A DNA stretch of 64,000 nucleotides, from the NCBI RefSeq assembly GCF_963921235.1, contig NC_086106.1:33728001-33792000 (forward strand). The letters are read 5' to 3'. Origin of the DNA: Mobula hypostoma. Its lineage: Eukaryota. Each line of letters opens with the position of its first letter. Position 1 is the stretch's first letter. Made by a program: the position numbers and the translations under genes. Below are positions 62,401-64,000 of the stretch, one piece after another. The notes beneath the pieces were generated by a model. It saw nothing but the letters and a program-made list of their open reading frames with translations. It searched no databases and was not told the DNA's origin.

Positions 62401-63639
62401 TATTTATTGCAACTTATGTTAATGCTATATCTTGCACTGTACTTTCGTTGTGAAGAAACACATTCAACGACATACGATATGTCAGTGATAATAAAACTGA
62501 TTTACATTCTGATTCCAATTTCAAACAGAATGGAATTGAAACCCATCGAATGGAGCCTTAATTTACATGCTGGTGTGCAGAAAATATGTTGTCTGTTGCT
62601 GTCTTAGACAGACATGTTAGTTTTACAAGACACAGTTGTAATTTATCGGAGTGATCTGAAGATGTGGTCCTGAAGTTTGGAAGAATTCAACGAAGGAGTA
62701 GTGAGAAGTCAGGGCATATATGTACTGAGTAAGATAAAATGAAGAGCTCCGATTTATAGATCAAACGTTGTGGGAAGTTTTGAACATGATGAACAGATTC
62801 TGGTTATTGCCAAATGCTGAATCTTGCAAAAAAAACAGTTAAGAAAAAAATCAAAGGAGTTATTAAGGATACAATTGGATAACACAAAAATGACAAAAAT
62901 TAATGAAACCTCTTGTGCAGTTGTGACATGGCACCCAAAACCTGTGCTTAGTCTTCTGACCGAAGAAAGCTTTCATGTCCTACATTTTCTTCAACAATCT
63001 GGCCACCTGTCACAACCTTCGGCAACTATGCACTCAAAATGCATTACTTCACACGTGTCTGAGATATATTCAACCTATTCAATTTTGAGATATGATCAGT
63101 TTCCGAGGAAATCTGGAGAACGAACTTGGGTAAATGTCTTCATTTTCCACTATATGCTAATTTTCCTGTTAACCATAAGTTTACAAATCATGGCACCGAT
63201 ATTCTCATCCAAGTTAGATTGGACAACAAAGATATTGCTTCGTGAATACCTTTAAGCGTATCTCATGGATGTTGCGCTGCTGATGCTGCAAACCACCAGG
63301 AAATATCCCCATCGCGTACCACAAGCTCGGCAGGACTTGTTTTGGAAAGGCGATACAAGCATCACGCACACATTATTCTATGCATTGCATTTACTTGTAT
63401 ATCGGTTTGCGATCACGTTGACATGCATGCTCTATGCGCGTAGCATATTGTATGTACTCATTATGATAAAGTAATTGTATTTTCAGGGGTATTTCTGATA
63501 GCAAGATGTCTCGCCAATGTTGCAACAGCCGTGATATTTTCTGTTGTATTTGTGGCAAGTATACGCTTAAATGTCCAAGACGGAACAGGACTCCGCTTGT
63601 TACTAAGACATAAAAGCTATACTTTGGGTGCAGAATTCG

Positions 63640-63960
63640 TGATCAAGACAGAGCCTTGGCTCCTCACATTTCTTGCGCAACACGCACTGTACTTTTTAGA
63701 GCTTGGCTCAGAGGCGCTCGAAAGTCAATGGCGTTCGCTGTCCCCATGATATGGCGAGAGCAGAAAGTTCATGTGACAGACTACTATTTCTGTCTGACCA
63801 TTGTGTCTCTGCTAAAAATAAGAAATCCATTGAATACCTCATTCTCCCTTCAGCCATGTGCCGCATGACAAATGTCCTCCAGTACCAAAGCCACCAGAGA
63901 TATCAAGTCTAGAGAAATCTAACGAAGCTGCCACGATGCACGCGCCAGGGTTGGAAAAAG
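63640..63960 (+). mobile_element. DNA-transposon transposase N-terminal fragment (family undetermined)
   Basis: 'APHISCATRTVLFRAWLRGARKSMAFAVPMIWREQKVHVTDYYFCLT' resembles a Cys-rich transposase N-terminus seen in many vertebrate repeats. Confidence 0.5.
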
Positions 63961-64000
63961 ACACAGATACTGATACAGGTTTTGAAACTATTCTGTTGAG

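Noticed and set aside
60000-63600. Several 60-140 aa ORFs
   Set aside because: No recognisable domains or splice structure; mostly degraded LINE and AT-rich intergenic sequence.

Overview
This is repeat-rich vertebrate genomic DNA from a cartilaginous fish (inferred from the IgNAR gene and the elasmobranch-type CR1/SINE/Penelope repeats), with two N gaps. The only clear host gene is an unrearranged IgNAR (heavy-chain-only antibody) cluster on the minus strand. It has an octamer/TATA promoter, a leader exon (49238-49196), a VNAR exon with a 22-bp RSS, two D segments (12/22 and 12/12 RSS), one J (23-bp RSS), and intact C1, C2 and C3 exons with correct phase-1 splice sites. I could not find C4, C5, a secretory tailpiece or a TM1 exon downstream, only a candidate orphan 'VK-stop' TM2-like exon. 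The gene is atypical in having two D segments rather than three, four germline N-glycan sequons in V+J, and apparently only three C domains. The rest is mostly transposon-derived: CR1, Rex1/Babar and Ingi/Vingi-like LINEs, a Penelope element with inverted ends, three Gypsy-type LTR elements (one with Gmr1 integrase-before-RT order), SINEs and DNA-transposon remnants. A local segmental duplication (13.07-17.10 kb vs 21.03-30.29 kb) carries a solo LTR in one copy and the full provirus at the same site in the other. Its first copy ends in a template-switch junction leading into a captured BICDL1 exon fragment. Family assignments come from recalled motifs, not database searches.
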